Source: Candidatus Obscuribacterales bacterium
Lineage (GTDB): Bacteria > Cyanobacteriota > Vampirovibrionia > Obscuribacterales > Obscuribacteraceae
Assembly: GCA_965228855.1 (NCBI GenBank)
Contig: CBDDIJ010000002.1
Coordinates: 1,120,001-1,184,000, forward strand
Direction of reading: 5' to 3'
Length of the DNA: 64,000 nucleotides
Part shown: positions 27,907-37,664 of the stretch, piece after piece
How positions within the stretch are numbered: position 1 is the first letter of the stretch
Layout: each line of letters begins with the position of its first letter
Translations under genes and position numbers: made by a program
The notes under the pieces: model-generated
Told to the model about the DNA's origin: nothing
What the model saw: only the letters and a program-made list of their open reading frames with translations
The model's database searches: none

Positions 27907-29352
27907 ATGAGAGATTACATTCTTTTGTACATAAACGGTCGAGAGCACCGGGTTTCCGGCGAGAAGGTTTTCGCGCCTGTGACGGATTATTTGCGCTACG
28001 ATTTGGGTTTGTGCGGCACCAAGGTGGTTTGCGCTGAAGGCGACTGTGGCGCTTGCACGGTCATGCTGGGACGATTGCATGGCGAAGACCTTGATTACAA
28101 GCCGATAAACAGTTGCATTCAGTATGTTTTTCAACTTGATTGTTCGCACCTGATCACTGTCGAAGGGCTTAAACACAACGCGCAGCTCAATCCCGTTCAA
28201 GAGGCGATGGTGGAGTGTCATGGCGCTCAATGCGGTTATTGCACACCGGGATTTGTTGTTGCGATGTGTTCGATGTTCGACGATGGGAAACCGAAAACTG
28301 CTTGCCAGATCAAAGACGGACTGACAGGCAATCTATGCCGGTGCACCGGATATGAGGCGATTGTGAAAGCCGGGCTTGAAGTCGACTTGTCGCAGTGGGA
28401 GCCGATTGCGAAGCGTTATCCTGCCGGTGAGTTCGTCAAGGCGTTCAAATCGCACTTGAAAGAATCGGTGAGCATCACCTGGGATGGAAAGCAATTGTTT
28501 GTGCCGGCTGATGTGAAAGCGGCGTGCGAATTCAAAGCCCGGAACCCGGAAACCGTCATTGTGACGGGAGGCACGGATGTCGCGGTCAATATGAACAAGC
28601 GCGGCTTAGTTCCGGACTTTGTTATGGCGACCAGCAATTTGACCGGTTTGTCTGACATCGTCACGCGTAAGGATGGTGAACGCACGGTTCTCGAAATTGG
28701 CGGACGGGTTACGCTGAAGGCGCTCGAGGACTTTGTTTCGGACCTTAGCGGCGATATGAAGTACGTGATGTGGGTGTTCGGTTCTCCTCAAATTCGATAT
28801 GCCGGTACGCTAGCCGGCAACATCGCAAATGCTTCTCCTATTGCAGACACGCCGCCGATGTTGTTTACGATGGACGCTGAAATCGAGGCCACAGGCGTCA
28901 ATGGCGTTCGTAAAATCAAGATGACAGATTTCTATCTCGGCTATAAAAAGCTGGCATTGCAGTCGGACGAATTGATCACGAAGATCCACCTTCCCCTTCC
29001 AATGAGTGACGAAATCGTTCGCCTGTACAAAGTCTCTCGGAGGCAACATCTCGATATTTCCGCATTCACAGCCGCGATTCGTTTAAAAGTAACCAGAGGC
29101 AAGATTGAGACCGCTGCCGTCACATATGGTGGCGTCGCTGCCGTCGTTATGCGTTTGCCGAAGGTCGAGCAGTTTCTGATCGGCAAGGAATTTTCACTGG
29201 AAACTTGCCGGGAGGCGGGTAGGATAGCACGCTCCGAAGTTGCACCGATCTCAGACGTAAGAGGAAGCCGTGACTATCGGCTTGCGCTTGCCGAAAATAT
29301 TTTTTCCAAGTTCTATCACGAAACCGCAGAGAGGGAGCTTGTATGTCAGTAG
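27907..29352 (+). CDS. xdhA: Xanthine dehydrogenase small subunit (2x[2Fe-2S] + FAD)
   Basis: GTKVVCAEGDCGACTV, QCGYCTPG, GNLCRCTGY, GGTD, GTLAGNIANASPIAD. Confidence 0.93.
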   Translation: MRDYILLYINGREHRVSGEKVFAPVTDYLRYDLGLCGTKVVCAEGDCGACTVMLGRLHGEDLDYKPINSCIQYVFQLDCSHLITVEGLKHNAQLNPVQEAMVECHGAQCGYCTPGFVVAMCSMFDDGKPKTACQIKDGLTGNLCRCTGYEAIVKAGLEVDLSQWEPIAKRYPAGEFVKAFKSHLKESVSITWDGKQLFVPADVKAACEFKARNPETVIVTGGTDVAVNMNKRGLVPDFVMATSNLTGLSDIVTRKDGERTVLEIGGRVTLKALEDFVSDLSGDMKYVMWVFGSPQIRYAGTLAGNIANASPIADTPPMLFTMDAEIEATGVNGVRKIKMTDFYLGYKKLALQSDELITKIHLPLPMSDEIVRLYKVSRRQHLDISAFTAAIRLKVTRGKIETAAVTYGGVAAVVMRLPKVEQFLIGKEFSLETCREAGRIARSEVAPISDVRGSRDYRLALAENIFSKFYHETAERELVCQ

Positions 29353-31859
29353 TCGGAAGAAACATACCGCACGATTCCGCGGAAGGTCACGTTGCAGGCG
29401 AGTCGATTTATATCGACGATATGCCAGCTCTGCGTAACGAGCTGATTGTAGATTACGTCGGTAGTCCATTCGCGCACGGCAAGCTTAAATCGATCGACTG
29501 TTCCGAAGCATTGAAGATACCGGGAGTGGTGGCATGTTACACGCATGAGGACCTCGCGCACAATCGCCTTGGTCCGATTATTCAGGACGAGCCGTTGCTC
29601 GTCGACGATGAGGCGATGTTTCTCGGTCAGCCGGTTGTGGTAATTGCTGCGGAGACAAGAAGCGCTCTCGCTCGAGCCAAGAAAGCGGTCAAGATCGAGA
29701 TGGAAGAGCTTGTTGCAACGCTCACAATCAACGAGGCCAAAGAGCGCAACGAATATCTAGACAGGGAATACACGGTTGCTCGTGGAGATGTTGAGACTGC
29801 GTTCAAGAATTCGAAACACATGATCGAAGGCACTATCGTTGTCGGTGGCGCGGATCACTTCTATCTCGAATCTCAGGCTTGTTTAGCCGTTCCTGGCGAG
29901 TACGACCAGATGACGTTGCATTCTTCCACTCAGGCTCCGAGTGAAATTCAACATACGACCGCGCATGTTTTGGGGCTGATGCAAAATCAGGTTGTCTGTA
30001 TAACGAAGCGCATGGGTGGTGGTTTTGGAGGTAAGGAGAGTCAGGCGACTCATCCTGCGGCGATGGCTGCGCTTGTCGCGCACAAGACGAAACGACCGGC
30101 GCGATTGGTTTATATCAAAGACGATGATATGAAATACACCGGTAAGCGTCATCCATTTCAAAACGACTACAAAGTTTCCTTCAATGATGATGGTGTGATA
30201 ACCGGGCTACAGGTGCGCTATTTCGCTGATGGTGGTGCGTACAATGACCTCTCGATTGCAGTGCTTGGTCGTGCAATCACGCACTCCGATAATGCGTATT
30301 TCATCGAGAACGCTCACCTGACCGGTCGGATTTGTCGCACGAATTTGCCGCCCAACACAGCGTTTCGAGGATTTGGCGGACCGCAGGGTGTGATTACTAT
30401 CGAGAACATTCTCGAGGAAATCGCCGCGTATCTCGGTAAAGATGCGTTCGATGTGCGGCGTGTGAATCTTTACGGCATTGACGAGCGCAACACCACTCCG
30501 TATGGGCAAGTGGTGCAGAACAACACGCTTCATCGGATTTTCGAGCGCATTGAAAAATCTGCAGACTATCGTTCTAGAGTGAAAGCGGTTCGCGATTTCA
30601 ACGCGACTTCGAAGACTCACCTCAAGGGTATCGCGGTTACTTCAGTCAAGTTCGGAATTTCGTTTACCAATACGATGTTGAACCAGGCGAACGCGCTGGT
30701 CAACGTCTACCTGGACGGTACTGTGCAGGTTTCCACCGGAGCGACCGAAATGGGCCAGGGCGTGAACACCAACATCAAAATGCTTGTTGCCGACGAGCTC
30801 GGAATCGATCCGGCGACCGTTATCGCTATGCCCACATCGACTGAGAAGAACAACAACACCTCGGCTACAGCGGCGTCTTCAGCGACTGATTTAAATGGAA
30901 GTGCTGCAGTCGATGCGTGCTCGAAAATCAAATCGCGCCTTGCAGAGGTAGCTGCGCGTTATTTTGCATCGCGTGAAGCCGGTATTGGAGCCTATCCGGA
31001 CAGTATCAAATTTGACGACGGTTATGTGTGGGACGAGCGCCGGCCGGAAATTAAGCTCCCGTTCAAAGATATCGTGGGTATGGCTTACCGCGCGAGAGTC
31101 AGTCTGGGTGAGCGCGGGCACTATGCTACAAAAGGAATTGAATTCGATTGGGTTGCCGGTAAGGGCGCGCCGTTTTTGTATTTCACGATGGGCGCTGCGG
31201 TTTCTGAAGTGACGATTGACCGATTCACAGGCAACATGAAGGTTGAAGGCGTCGACATCGTCATGGATATCGGTAAATCCATCAACCCGGGAATCAACCG
31301 AGGTCAAATTGCGGGCGCGTTTTTCCAGGGCATGGGCTGGATGACGAATGAAGAACTGAAGTATACGGACAAAGGAAATCTTCTCAACTACTCGCCAACG
31401 ACTTACAAAATTCCGAACATTCAAGATTTGCCACTGCGGTTCAACATCGAGACCGTCGAAAATCACAACACGCCTAACGTTCGCGGCACCAAAGCTGTCG
31501 GTGAACCTCCGCTCCTTCTGGGCATTTCTGTTTACGCCGCTGTGAAGAATGCGCTCTCGTATCTCTCCGGCGATGAGATTCCGTGCCTAACCGCGCCTGC
31601 TACCAATGAGGAAATCCTCGGCAGGTTGATGTACTACGAAACCGCCGATAGTGCCGCAAACAACGATGGTAAACAGGCTGCACCGATCGGCTGGACCGGC
31701 GACAGCATGAATGGAACGTCTTATTCGAATGACGCAGGCATGCTTGTTCCAACAATTAAACACGGCTCGCTTCGTCCGGTGAGCGAATCCATCGCGCGCG
31801 GCTTTTCGGTCGCATCGAATAAAGCTGGCTCGCCAAAAGCGAAGGTCGCGCAAAAGTAG
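29343..31859 (+). CDS. xdhB: Xanthine dehydrogenase molybdopterin-binding subunit
   Basis: HFYLE, RMGGGFGGKESQ, AFRGFGGPQG, EMGQG, TAAS, KAVGEPP. Confidence 0.95.
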   Translation: MSVVGRNIPHDSAEGHVAGESIYIDDMPALRNELIVDYVGSPFAHGKLKSIDCSEALKIPGVVACYTHEDLAHNRLGPIIQDEPLLVDDEAMFLGQPVVVIAAETRSALARAKKAVKIEMEELVATLTINEAKERNEYLDREYTVARGDVETAFKNSKHMIEGTIVVGGADHFYLESQACLAVPGEYDQMTLHSSTQAPSEIQHTTAHVLGLMQNQVVCITKRMGGGFGGKESQATHPAAMAALVAHKTKRPARLVYIKDDDMKYTGKRHPFQNDYKVSFNDDGVITGLQVRYFADGGAYNDLSIAVLGRAITHSDNAYFIENAHLTGRICRTNLPPNTAFRGFGGPQGVITIENILEEIAAYLGKDAFDVRRVNLYGIDERNTTPYGQVVQNNTLHRIFERIEKSADYRSRVKAVRDFNATSKTHLKGIAVTSVKFGISFTNTMLNQANALVNVYLDGTVQVSTGATEMGQGVNTNIKMLVADELGIDPATVIAMPTSTEKNNNTSATAASSATDLNGSAAVDACSKIKSRLAEVAARYFASREAGIGAYPDSIKFDDGYVWDERRPEIKLPFKDIVGMAYRARVSLGERGHYATKGIEFDWVAGKGAPFLYFTMGAAVSEVTIDRFTGNMKVEGVDIVMDIGKSINPGINRGQIAGAFFQGMGWMTNEELKYTDKGNLLNYSPTTYKIPNIQDLPLRFNIETVENHNTPNVRGTKAVGEPPLLLGISVYAAVKNALSYLSGDEIPCLTAPATNEEILGRLMYYETADSAANNDGKQAAPIGWTGDSMNGTSYSNDAGMLVPTIKHGSLRPVSESIARGFSVASNKAGSPKAKVAQK

Positions 31860-31888
31860 GGACGCTCTCAAATTGCGAAAGGTATCTC

Positions 31889-32686
31889 GTGGTTCTCGAG
31901 TTCTATGAAAAACTGCAAGAGTTGCTTCACGGCAATGTTCCGTTCGTGTCGGTCACGATTGTGGACACGATTGGAAGTGTCCCGCAAAACGCCGGCAGCA
32001 AAATGCTGGTGACTGAGGAAGGTTTATATTACGGCACTGTAGGTGGTGGCAAGATTGAAAAACGTGCGATTGAGGAAGCGCAAGCGTTTCTCTCATCCGA
32101 CGAAATCAAGGTGGCGGACGCACGCACCAAGTTTGTAAATTGGAGCCTGGAAAAGGACGTCGGGATGACGTGTGGCGGTTCCACCAAACTGTATTTCGAG
32201 GTGTTCAACACTCACGCATGGAACATAGTTGTGTTCGGAGCGGGTCATTGTGCAAATGCTTTAATCGATTTGCTTTTGAAACTAGATTGTCGCGTAACTT
32301 GTTTTGACCAGCGCCAGGAATGGCTCGATAAGCTGCCGTCTTCTTCTAAGCTAAAGAAGGTGCGTTGCGACGAGCTACCGGATATGGTGTCACAGTTGCC
32401 GGCAAAATCGTTCGTCCTGCTCATGACTATGGGGCACACAACGGATAAGCCTATTCTTTTGGAAATCTTGAAAAACTGGGAGCAGAAACCTTTTCCATAC
32501 CTCGGTGTGATCGGGAGCAAAGCTAAAGCCGTTCGCCTGTACCAAGACATCGCGGAAGCGGGCTTACCGTCAAAATACAACGATTTGTTTTACTGTCCGA
32601 TGGGTCTTTCGGTCGGAAACAACCATCCGCAAGAGATCGCCATAAGTATCGTTTCTCAACTGCTCCAAATCCGCGACTCTGCGTAA
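31889..32686 (+). CDS. xdhC: Xanthine dehydrogenase accessory protein
   Basis: GSVPQNAGSKM, GTVGGG, GMTCGG, FGAGH, YLGVIGSKAK; follows xdhAB. Confidence 0.93.
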   Translation: MVLEFYEKLQELLHGNVPFVSVTIVDTIGSVPQNAGSKMLVTEEGLYYGTVGGGKIEKRAIEEAQAFLSSDEIKVADARTKFVNWSLEKDVGMTCGGSTKLYFEVFNTHAWNIVVFGAGHCANALIDLLLKLDCRVTCFDQRQEWLDKLPSSSKLKKVRCDELPDMVSQLPAKSFVLLMTMGHTTDKPILLEILKNWEQKPFPYLGVIGSKAKAVRLYQDIAEAGLPSKYNDLFYCPMGLSVGNNHPQEIAISIVSQLLQIRDSA

Positions 32687-32704
32687 TACTAAACTTTGGT
32701 TGGT

Positions 32705-33082
32705 TCAGGTTGCTTTTGCGAGTAGCGGGAGGCGAGCCAAAATTTCATCCCAGGGCACCGTAAACCGCCGGTCATCGGTCTCTTCAACGAGACCGATGTG
32801 GGTCAATTCAGAAACATCTGTATGGACGTTCTTGTAATCACGTCCTAGTGATAGAGCCAGCTGTCGAATGTTCACTGGGCCAATAGCGCGGAGTCGCTGC
32901 ATTAATTCAATGCGTCGAGGTGACAGATATTTCAATAGAGTCGCCATGTCGGCAAAATGCAATTGGTTAACTGGTTCCTCAGGAGGTAGACCCTCTTCGG
33001 CGCGCTTCCATGCTCGGATTGCATCTTCGGCGGCTTCCTGTCCCGATTGAATGCCTATCAAAATGTTTTTCTTGTTCTTCAT
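32705..33082 (-). CDS. HVO_A0114-like HTH regulator/putative antitoxin
   Basis: LSPRRIELMQRL..GPVNIRQLA..LGRDYKNVHTDV..L..GLV...VPWDEI. Confidence 0.85.
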   Translation of the reverse strand: MKNKKNILIGIQSGQEAAEDAIRAWKRAEEGLPPEEPVNQLHFADMATLLKYLSPRRIELMQRLRAIGPVNIRQLALSLGRDYKNVHTDVSELTHIGLVEETDDRRFTVPWDEILARLPLLAKAT

Positions 33083-33132
33083 TGATTCCCTTCCCGAGCG
33101 CTTTTCTCATCTTGCAAGAAGGTAGACTTCAT
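33079..33132 (-). pseudogene. 17-aa ORF coupled to the HTH gene; possible internally deleted toxin remnant
   Basis: MKSTFLQDEKSAREGNQ*; stop overlaps the next start (ATGA); starts at an inverted repeat. Confidence 0.4.
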
Positions 33133-33152
33133 TATGGTAACCATACCATAAT
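33131..33152. promoter_or_regulatory. Inverted repeat ATTATGGT-N6-ACCATAAT, candidate autoregulatory operator
   Basis: Perfect 8-bp arms directly upstream of the HTH unit. Confidence 0.6.
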
Positions 33153-33252
33153 CGCTACCGAAGAGTTTTAGAGAAAGACATGCTCGGACTGCTTCCTTGG
33201 CGCGGGTGAATCAAAATGAAGTATCTCAGTGTTGAGGTTTTTGGGAAAATTT

Positions 33253-33278
33253 GATATGGTTTCCTAGGAAACTATATC
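33253..33278. promoter_or_regulatory. Palindromic operator upstream of the MarR gene
   Basis: gatatgGTTTCCTAGGAAACtatatc: perfect 14-bp core palindrome with extended arms, 10 nt before the ATG. Confidence 0.75.
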
Positions 33279-33288
33279 GGAGAGGAAG

Positions 33289-33759
33289 ATGACCGGAAGT
33301 GTGAGCAATCTGGAAGACCATGTCGGTTACTGGCTTCGGTTCGTTTCAAATCACGTCTCTCACTCATTTGCTGCAAAGGTTGAAACTGAAGGAGTAACAG
33401 TGGCTGAGTGGGTCGTGCTGAGGGAGATGTTCGCGCAGTCGTCGGTCAATCCGAGTCAATTGGCTGAGCGGCTGGGGTTAAGTCGTGGGGCTGTATCTAA
33501 ATTAATAGATAGACTTGTCTCGAAACGCCTTGTGGAAAAGCAGGTGGGAAAAGCTATCGCGTCGAATCTGGATGGTCGATATCAAACGGTTGATCTGACA
33601 CCTGCTGGTCGGCGGTTGGTTCCAAAGCTCGCTAAGCTTGCCGACAAAAACGATGAAGACTTCTTTGGTCATCTGTCGACGAAGCAGAAGGCTGACCTGG
33701 TAAGGATTCTCAAGGACATCGTAAAGGCGAATGGTCTGAAGAGCACGCCAGTCAAGTGA
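33289..33759 (+). CDS. MarR family transcriptional regulator
   Basis: GVTVAEWVVL, SQLAERLGLSRGAVSKLIDRLV, DGR...LTPAGR. Confidence 0.92.
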   Translation: MTGSVSNLEDHVGYWLRFVSNHVSHSFAAKVETEGVTVAEWVVLREMFAQSSVNPSQLAERLGLSRGAVSKLIDRLVSKRLVEKQVGKAIASNLDGRYQTVDLTPAGRRLVPKLAKLADKNDEDFFGHLSTKQKADLVRILKDIVKANGLKSTPVK

Positions 33760-33797
33760 CTACAAATCGGTTTAATTGCGTTGAAGGAGTGTGCTAG

Positions 33798-34202
33798 ATG
33801 AATATGATCAGCGAAGATGCGGCGGCGAAAATGGAAACTTGTGTTCAGGGTTCGCTCTCCGGAACGATGTCTTTTCCTGAGGTGCTCGGGCTGTTGCGAA
33901 GTGTTGGTGTCGAGCGCTATCACGCCGATTTCTCAAGAGAGGAGAATACTTACTACTTGAAGAATGGGCAGTCTCACGTGGTCAAGTCCCCTCATCCGAC
34001 CCACGAGTCTGCGCAGGAATTCTCGGCAGATGGGGTTGCTGCGGCGGTCGGTCGAAGTCAACGAGGCGAGCACTCTTACTTAGATTTTGTTCGAGACACG
34101 ATGAAAGCGGGTTGTGTCGGATACTTTGTGCAATTAGATGGATGTCGCGTTCAATATTTTGGACGGAAAGGCGAAATCCATACCGAGACGTTCCCTGTTT
34201 GA
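33798..34202 (+). CDS. DUF1398 family protein
   Basis: SFPEVLGLLRSVGVERYHAD, AGCVGYFV, YFGRKGEIHTETFP. Confidence 0.8.
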   Translation: MNMISEDAAAKMETCVQGSLSGTMSFPEVLGLLRSVGVERYHADFSREENTYYLKNGQSHVVKSPHPTHESAQEFSADGVAAAVGRSQRGEHSYLDFVRDTMKAGCVGYFVQLDGCRVQYFGRKGEIHTETFPV

Positions 34203-34283
34203 TCTCCCATTTTCGACTCTGGCAGGGTGAAGCCGGCAATGGTCTATAATTTCAGTCGGTGGAAGTCGCGGAAGGTTTTTGAT

Positions 34284-34931
34284 ATGGGTTTGACAGTGAG
34301 TACCGGAATGCTGGCTGATTATCTCGAGGCTGGCGATGATGAGGCTGCTGAATGGATTCGAAACGACATTCGGGTCATAAATGAAATCCTCAAAGCTCAC
34401 AATTTGCCTGCCCACGAGGAATCGGAAACGGTTCCAGAGATGGAAACTCAACTAGAAATCGATGGTTGCCCGTATTCTGCTGTTCATTATCTAAGAAGAT
34501 TTTACGCGCACGTCGTCAAAGATCCTGCTTGGGTTCCAACGCGAGTTCCATCCGGAGAGGATGCGAGCGAGGACCCTGTACTGGACGACGAGGAATTGGT
34601 CGTGGGCAGCCATTTGCTGTGCCATTCAGATTGCGAGGGGTATTACGTTCCGCTTGAATTCGACGAGGTCTTGATCACTGAGGACCTTTTAGAGGAGCCT
34701 GCTGGAATGATTGGGTCTTCATACAGGCTAAAATCCGAGCTTGAATTGGTCGCTCCGAAACTTGGGATTTCGCTGATTAACGGCGATTTGAGTCCCGAGG
34801 AAGGCGCTCGGCTTAATGACGAGATTTGCTCTGATGAGGGCGAATTTGTAACTGAGAAACATGTATGGCTTATGTTGTACGAGTGCGCCAGGTTTAGCAT
34901 CGAGCACAAGACTTTGATCGTTTTCAACTAA
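34284..34931 (+). CDS. Acidic hypothetical protein
   Basis: HYLRR, SHLLCHSDCEGYYVP, GSSYRL; start placed at ATG 34284 (MGLTV). Confidence 0.7.
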   Translation: MGLTVSTGMLADYLEAGDDEAAEWIRNDIRVINEILKAHNLPAHEESETVPEMETQLEIDGCPYSAVHYLRRFYAHVVKDPAWVPTRVPSGEDASEDPVLDDEELVVGSHLLCHSDCEGYYVPLEFDEVLITEDLLEEPAGMIGSSYRLKSELELVAPKLGISLINGDLSPEEGARLNDEICSDEGEFVTEKHVWLMLYECARFSIEHKTLIVFN

Positions 34932-35929
34932 ATACTGCGGTCATATAAAAGTTCCCGAGCTTCTCGGAGTGCGGTGCCTAATTCTTGAACGGATTGGTAG
35001 CGCTCATCGGGATTTCGGCGCAGCGCTTTCGCTACGACTCTCTCAAGTTCTATTGGAAATTCAAGACCCTCGTAGATCTCGTTGATCGATGGTGCATCGT
35101 TTTGCACTCTCAATAACAGTGTTTCCATCGCATTGGAACCCTTTAGACATGGGCTTCCGGTGAGCGACTCGAACATTACGCAGCCCAGAGTGTACACTTC
35201 CGATCGGCAATCTGCTTCTTCTCCGATGCATTGCTCCGGGCTCAAATAAAGGGGACTTCCGAAAATCTCGCCAGGTTGTGTAAGGTCTTGCAAGACCGAC
35301 GAGCCTTCTTGAGACATGAGAACCTTTATTGTCTCTTCTATCGAAGTCGAGCTCTGGTCGCCGGTGAGCGCATGGCTCGGTTGTACCATGGACTTGATTG
35401 CGGATGCGGTTTCTGGGCAGACCTCGCCTGTTTGTTTGCAGACTTTGGCGATACCGAAGTCCACGATTTTTGATTGTTTAAAGTCGCCGGCTACCAACAT
35501 TATGTTGCTTGGTTTGATGTCGCGGTGCACGACATTCGATTCATGCGCGTGACTCAATCCATCGCAAACTCCGTCGAAGGCTTCAAAAAATTCCGGCAGA
35601 TTCAATCGTAGTTTTTGTTTCAGCACATCCTGTAGCGAGACTCCTTCGAGAAATTCCATGACGATGAAAGGCTCGTTGTTGTCCGTAAATCCAAACGCTG
35701 TCACTTCGACGATATTTTTGTGATGCAGGTCGATCGCCACTTTCGCCTCGCGCTCAAAACGCATCCGATTGGTCGGATCGTTCTTGAGATGGTTGTGCAT
35801 GACCTTGAGCGCCAACACTTTGTTCGAATTGTGTTCCACTGCCTGAAAAACTTTTCCCATGCCTCCGACACCTACTTCGGACAATATTCTGAAGCGATCC
35901 ATGGTGAGGTTTTGTCCACTATTGCTCAT
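34928..35929 (-). CDS. Hanks-type Ser/Thr protein kinase (soluble, long activation-loop insert)
   Basis: GVGGMGKV, ALK, HRDIKPSN, DFG, GSPLYLSPE. Confidence 0.93.
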   Translation of the reverse strand: MSNSGQNLTMDRFRILSEVGVGGMGKVFQAVEHNSNKVLALKVMHNHLKNDPTNRMRFEREAKVAIDLHHKNIVEVTAFGFTDNNEPFIVMEFLEGVSLQDVLKQKLRLNLPEFFEAFDGVCDGLSHAHESNVVHRDIKPSNIMLVAGDFKQSKIVDFGIAKVCKQTGEVCPETASAIKSMVQPSHALTGDQSSTSIEETIKVLMSQEGSSVLQDLTQPGEIFGSPLYLSPEQCIGEEADCRSEVYTLGCVMFESLTGSPCLKGSNAMETLLLRVQNDAPSINEIYEGLEFPIELERVVAKALRRNPDERYQSVQELGTALREARELLYDRSI

Positions 35930-36084
35930 ATATTCCTGCTGACGGTCATGATGAATTTATCCGTGTTACGAATATTCCCGTCTGTCGACTCAGGTGTGTT
36001 CGATGGCGACTATTTGTCATGAAACCTTACTTTGTATCACGCGGTCCAGGAACTTAGAATCGAGCTTGGCTTGAGGCACCGATT

Positions 36085-36450
36085 TCAGCCCCTCAAGATT
36101 TTATTCATCGCTTTGCCTTTCGCTAACTCATCGATCAACTTGTCGAGGTAGCGAATCTCCCGCATGATCGGATCTTCAATATCTTCGACGCGGACGCCGC
36201 AGACAACGCCTTTAATCAGATGTCGCGAAGGATTTGCGCCCGGAGTTTGGGCAAAAAATGTTTCGAAGTCGATCTGACTTTGCACAATGGATTGAAGTTC
36301 TTGCTGGCTATAGCCGGTCAACCAGCAAATAATTTCGTCCACTTCGGTTTTCGAGCGACCTTTCTTCTCAGCCTTCGCGACGTATAAAGGATAAACGCTG
36401 GCAAAAGGCATTGTGTAAATGCGATGCTTGGCTGGGCTTTGTTTGGGCAT
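36085..36450 (-). CDS. DUF2200 family protein
   Basis: [46 protein letters not shown]. Confidence 0.88.
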   Translation of the reverse strand: MPKQSPAKHRIYTMPFASVYPLYVAKAEKKGRSKTEVDEIICWLTGYSQQELQSIVQSQIDFETFFAQTPGANPSRHLIKGVVCGVRVEDIEDPIMREIRYLDKLIDELAKGKAMNKILRG

Positions 36451-36537
36451 GTCTTCGTGTCCTTTGATTTTTGAACCGATTTGATGGTTTATTTTAATTT
36501 CGATCGTCAGAGAAAACCGACAACCAAAGTTCGCATC

Positions 36538-37122
36538 TTAGATGCTTTTGAACTCTGCTTCAATTGCCCGCATCGTTTTTACAACTCTGCGCGGATTGGC
36601 TGTTAATGCGACAAATCCGTATTTTTCGTAGAACCGTATCGGATCTCTGGCTCCCTGGTTTTGCTCTTCTTTGCTGGGCTTTTCAGCGTCAATAACAAAT
36701 AGCGCGCTGCCAACGTTTTTAGACGCCTTAAGGCTGCGTAATTGCGCGTCAGTCAAAAGCAGCTCCCCGAGCCGAGGTTTGGAGCCGGTAGTGTCGAAGA
36801 GCGTTTGACTGAAATTCATATCGACGCCTAGCCGACCTAGCAAGATGGCGCTGGTCTCTGTATAACGTGGCAATTTTCTTTGAATCTTCTCGGGTAGCTC
36901 TTTAAAGACGATGCTAAGGCTGGATAGCGAATAATGGCCCCTGATCACCATTGTCCCTGGTTCTGTCAGCACAAAAACTGACGATGTACGGCTCGATACG
37001 TCTCTGTGAGCTTGTTCTTGAATATATCTTTTGATGCTCGCCAAATTCGATGTGAATTGCGAGGCGTCATGGTCTTTGGTCCACGGCACAATCGCCAAAG
37101 ACAAATCGGCAGCATTTTGCAC
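36538..37122 (-). CDS. GNAT acetyltransferase toxin (TacT/AtaT-like)
   Basis: HDASQF, LPRY, AILLGRLGVD, LGELLLTDA, FYEKYGF; directly downstream of a DUF1778 gene; GTG start. Confidence 0.85.
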   Translation of the reverse strand: MQNAADLSLAIVPWTKDHDASQFTSNLASIKRYIQEQAHRDVSSRTSSVFVLTEPGTMVIRGHYSLSSLSIVFKELPEKIQRKLPRYTETSAILLGRLGVDMNFSQTLFDTTGSKPRLGELLLTDAQLRSLKASKNVGSALFVIDAEKPSKEEQNQGARDPIRFYEKYGFVALTANPRRVVKTMRAIEAEFKSI

Positions 37123-37123
37123 C

Positions 37124-37405
37124 CTAGCTGCCTACGATCTTTTTGTGTCGACGCATTGCAGCAACTGACGTCTCGTTAACCTCAGGCCGGCTGTTCATGA
37201 GTTCGGCCAGAGCAACGCTTTCTTCCACTGTAAGACGAACAATGCGTTGCTTTTCGATTACTTCAGAGGCTTCCTTAAGCGCCGCCTGAACCATAAAATC
37301 CGAGGTTGAGCGGCCTTGCAGAGCGGCCGCCTGGTCGATCTGCTGTTTTGCTTCAGCCGTCAACCTGGCATCGATACGCTCTTCCTTTTTGTCTTTTATT
37401 GCCAT
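37124..37405 (-). CDS. DUF1778 RHH antitoxin (TacA/AtaR-like)
   Basis: ERIDARLTAEAKQQIDQAAALQGRSTSDFMVQAA; RBS GAGG before ATG 37405. Confidence 0.9.
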   Translation of the reverse strand: MAIKDKKEERIDARLTAEAKQQIDQAAALQGRSTSDFMVQAALKEASEVIEKQRIVRLTVEESVALAELMNSRPEVNETSVAAMRRHKKIVGS

Positions 37406-37426
37406 GTTCAACACCTCTTGTAGAAT

Positions 37427-37447
37427 TGTACTGCGAAGTTCCGTACA
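37427..37447. promoter_or_regulatory. TGTAC-N11-GTACA candidate operator of the GNAT-RHH module
   Basis: Inverted repeat just upstream of the antitoxin RBS. Confidence 0.55.
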
Positions 37448-37664
37448 CGGCAATGGCGACTGAACAACATTCTTTCGGTCTAGCCCAAACTTGTTTGTAG
37501 TTCCTGTTTAGCTTCAGTGCTGAAGGCTAGTGCGTCCGGGTTGGGCTGTCTCGCTTCGCAAATTCCGCTCGGTCTAGTCAGGAGCGGTATGATAGGGTGG
37601 TTGAAATTCACCGCAGCAATGCAATTGGTCAGTAAGAACATCGGGCAGAGTAAAGGAAATCCGC

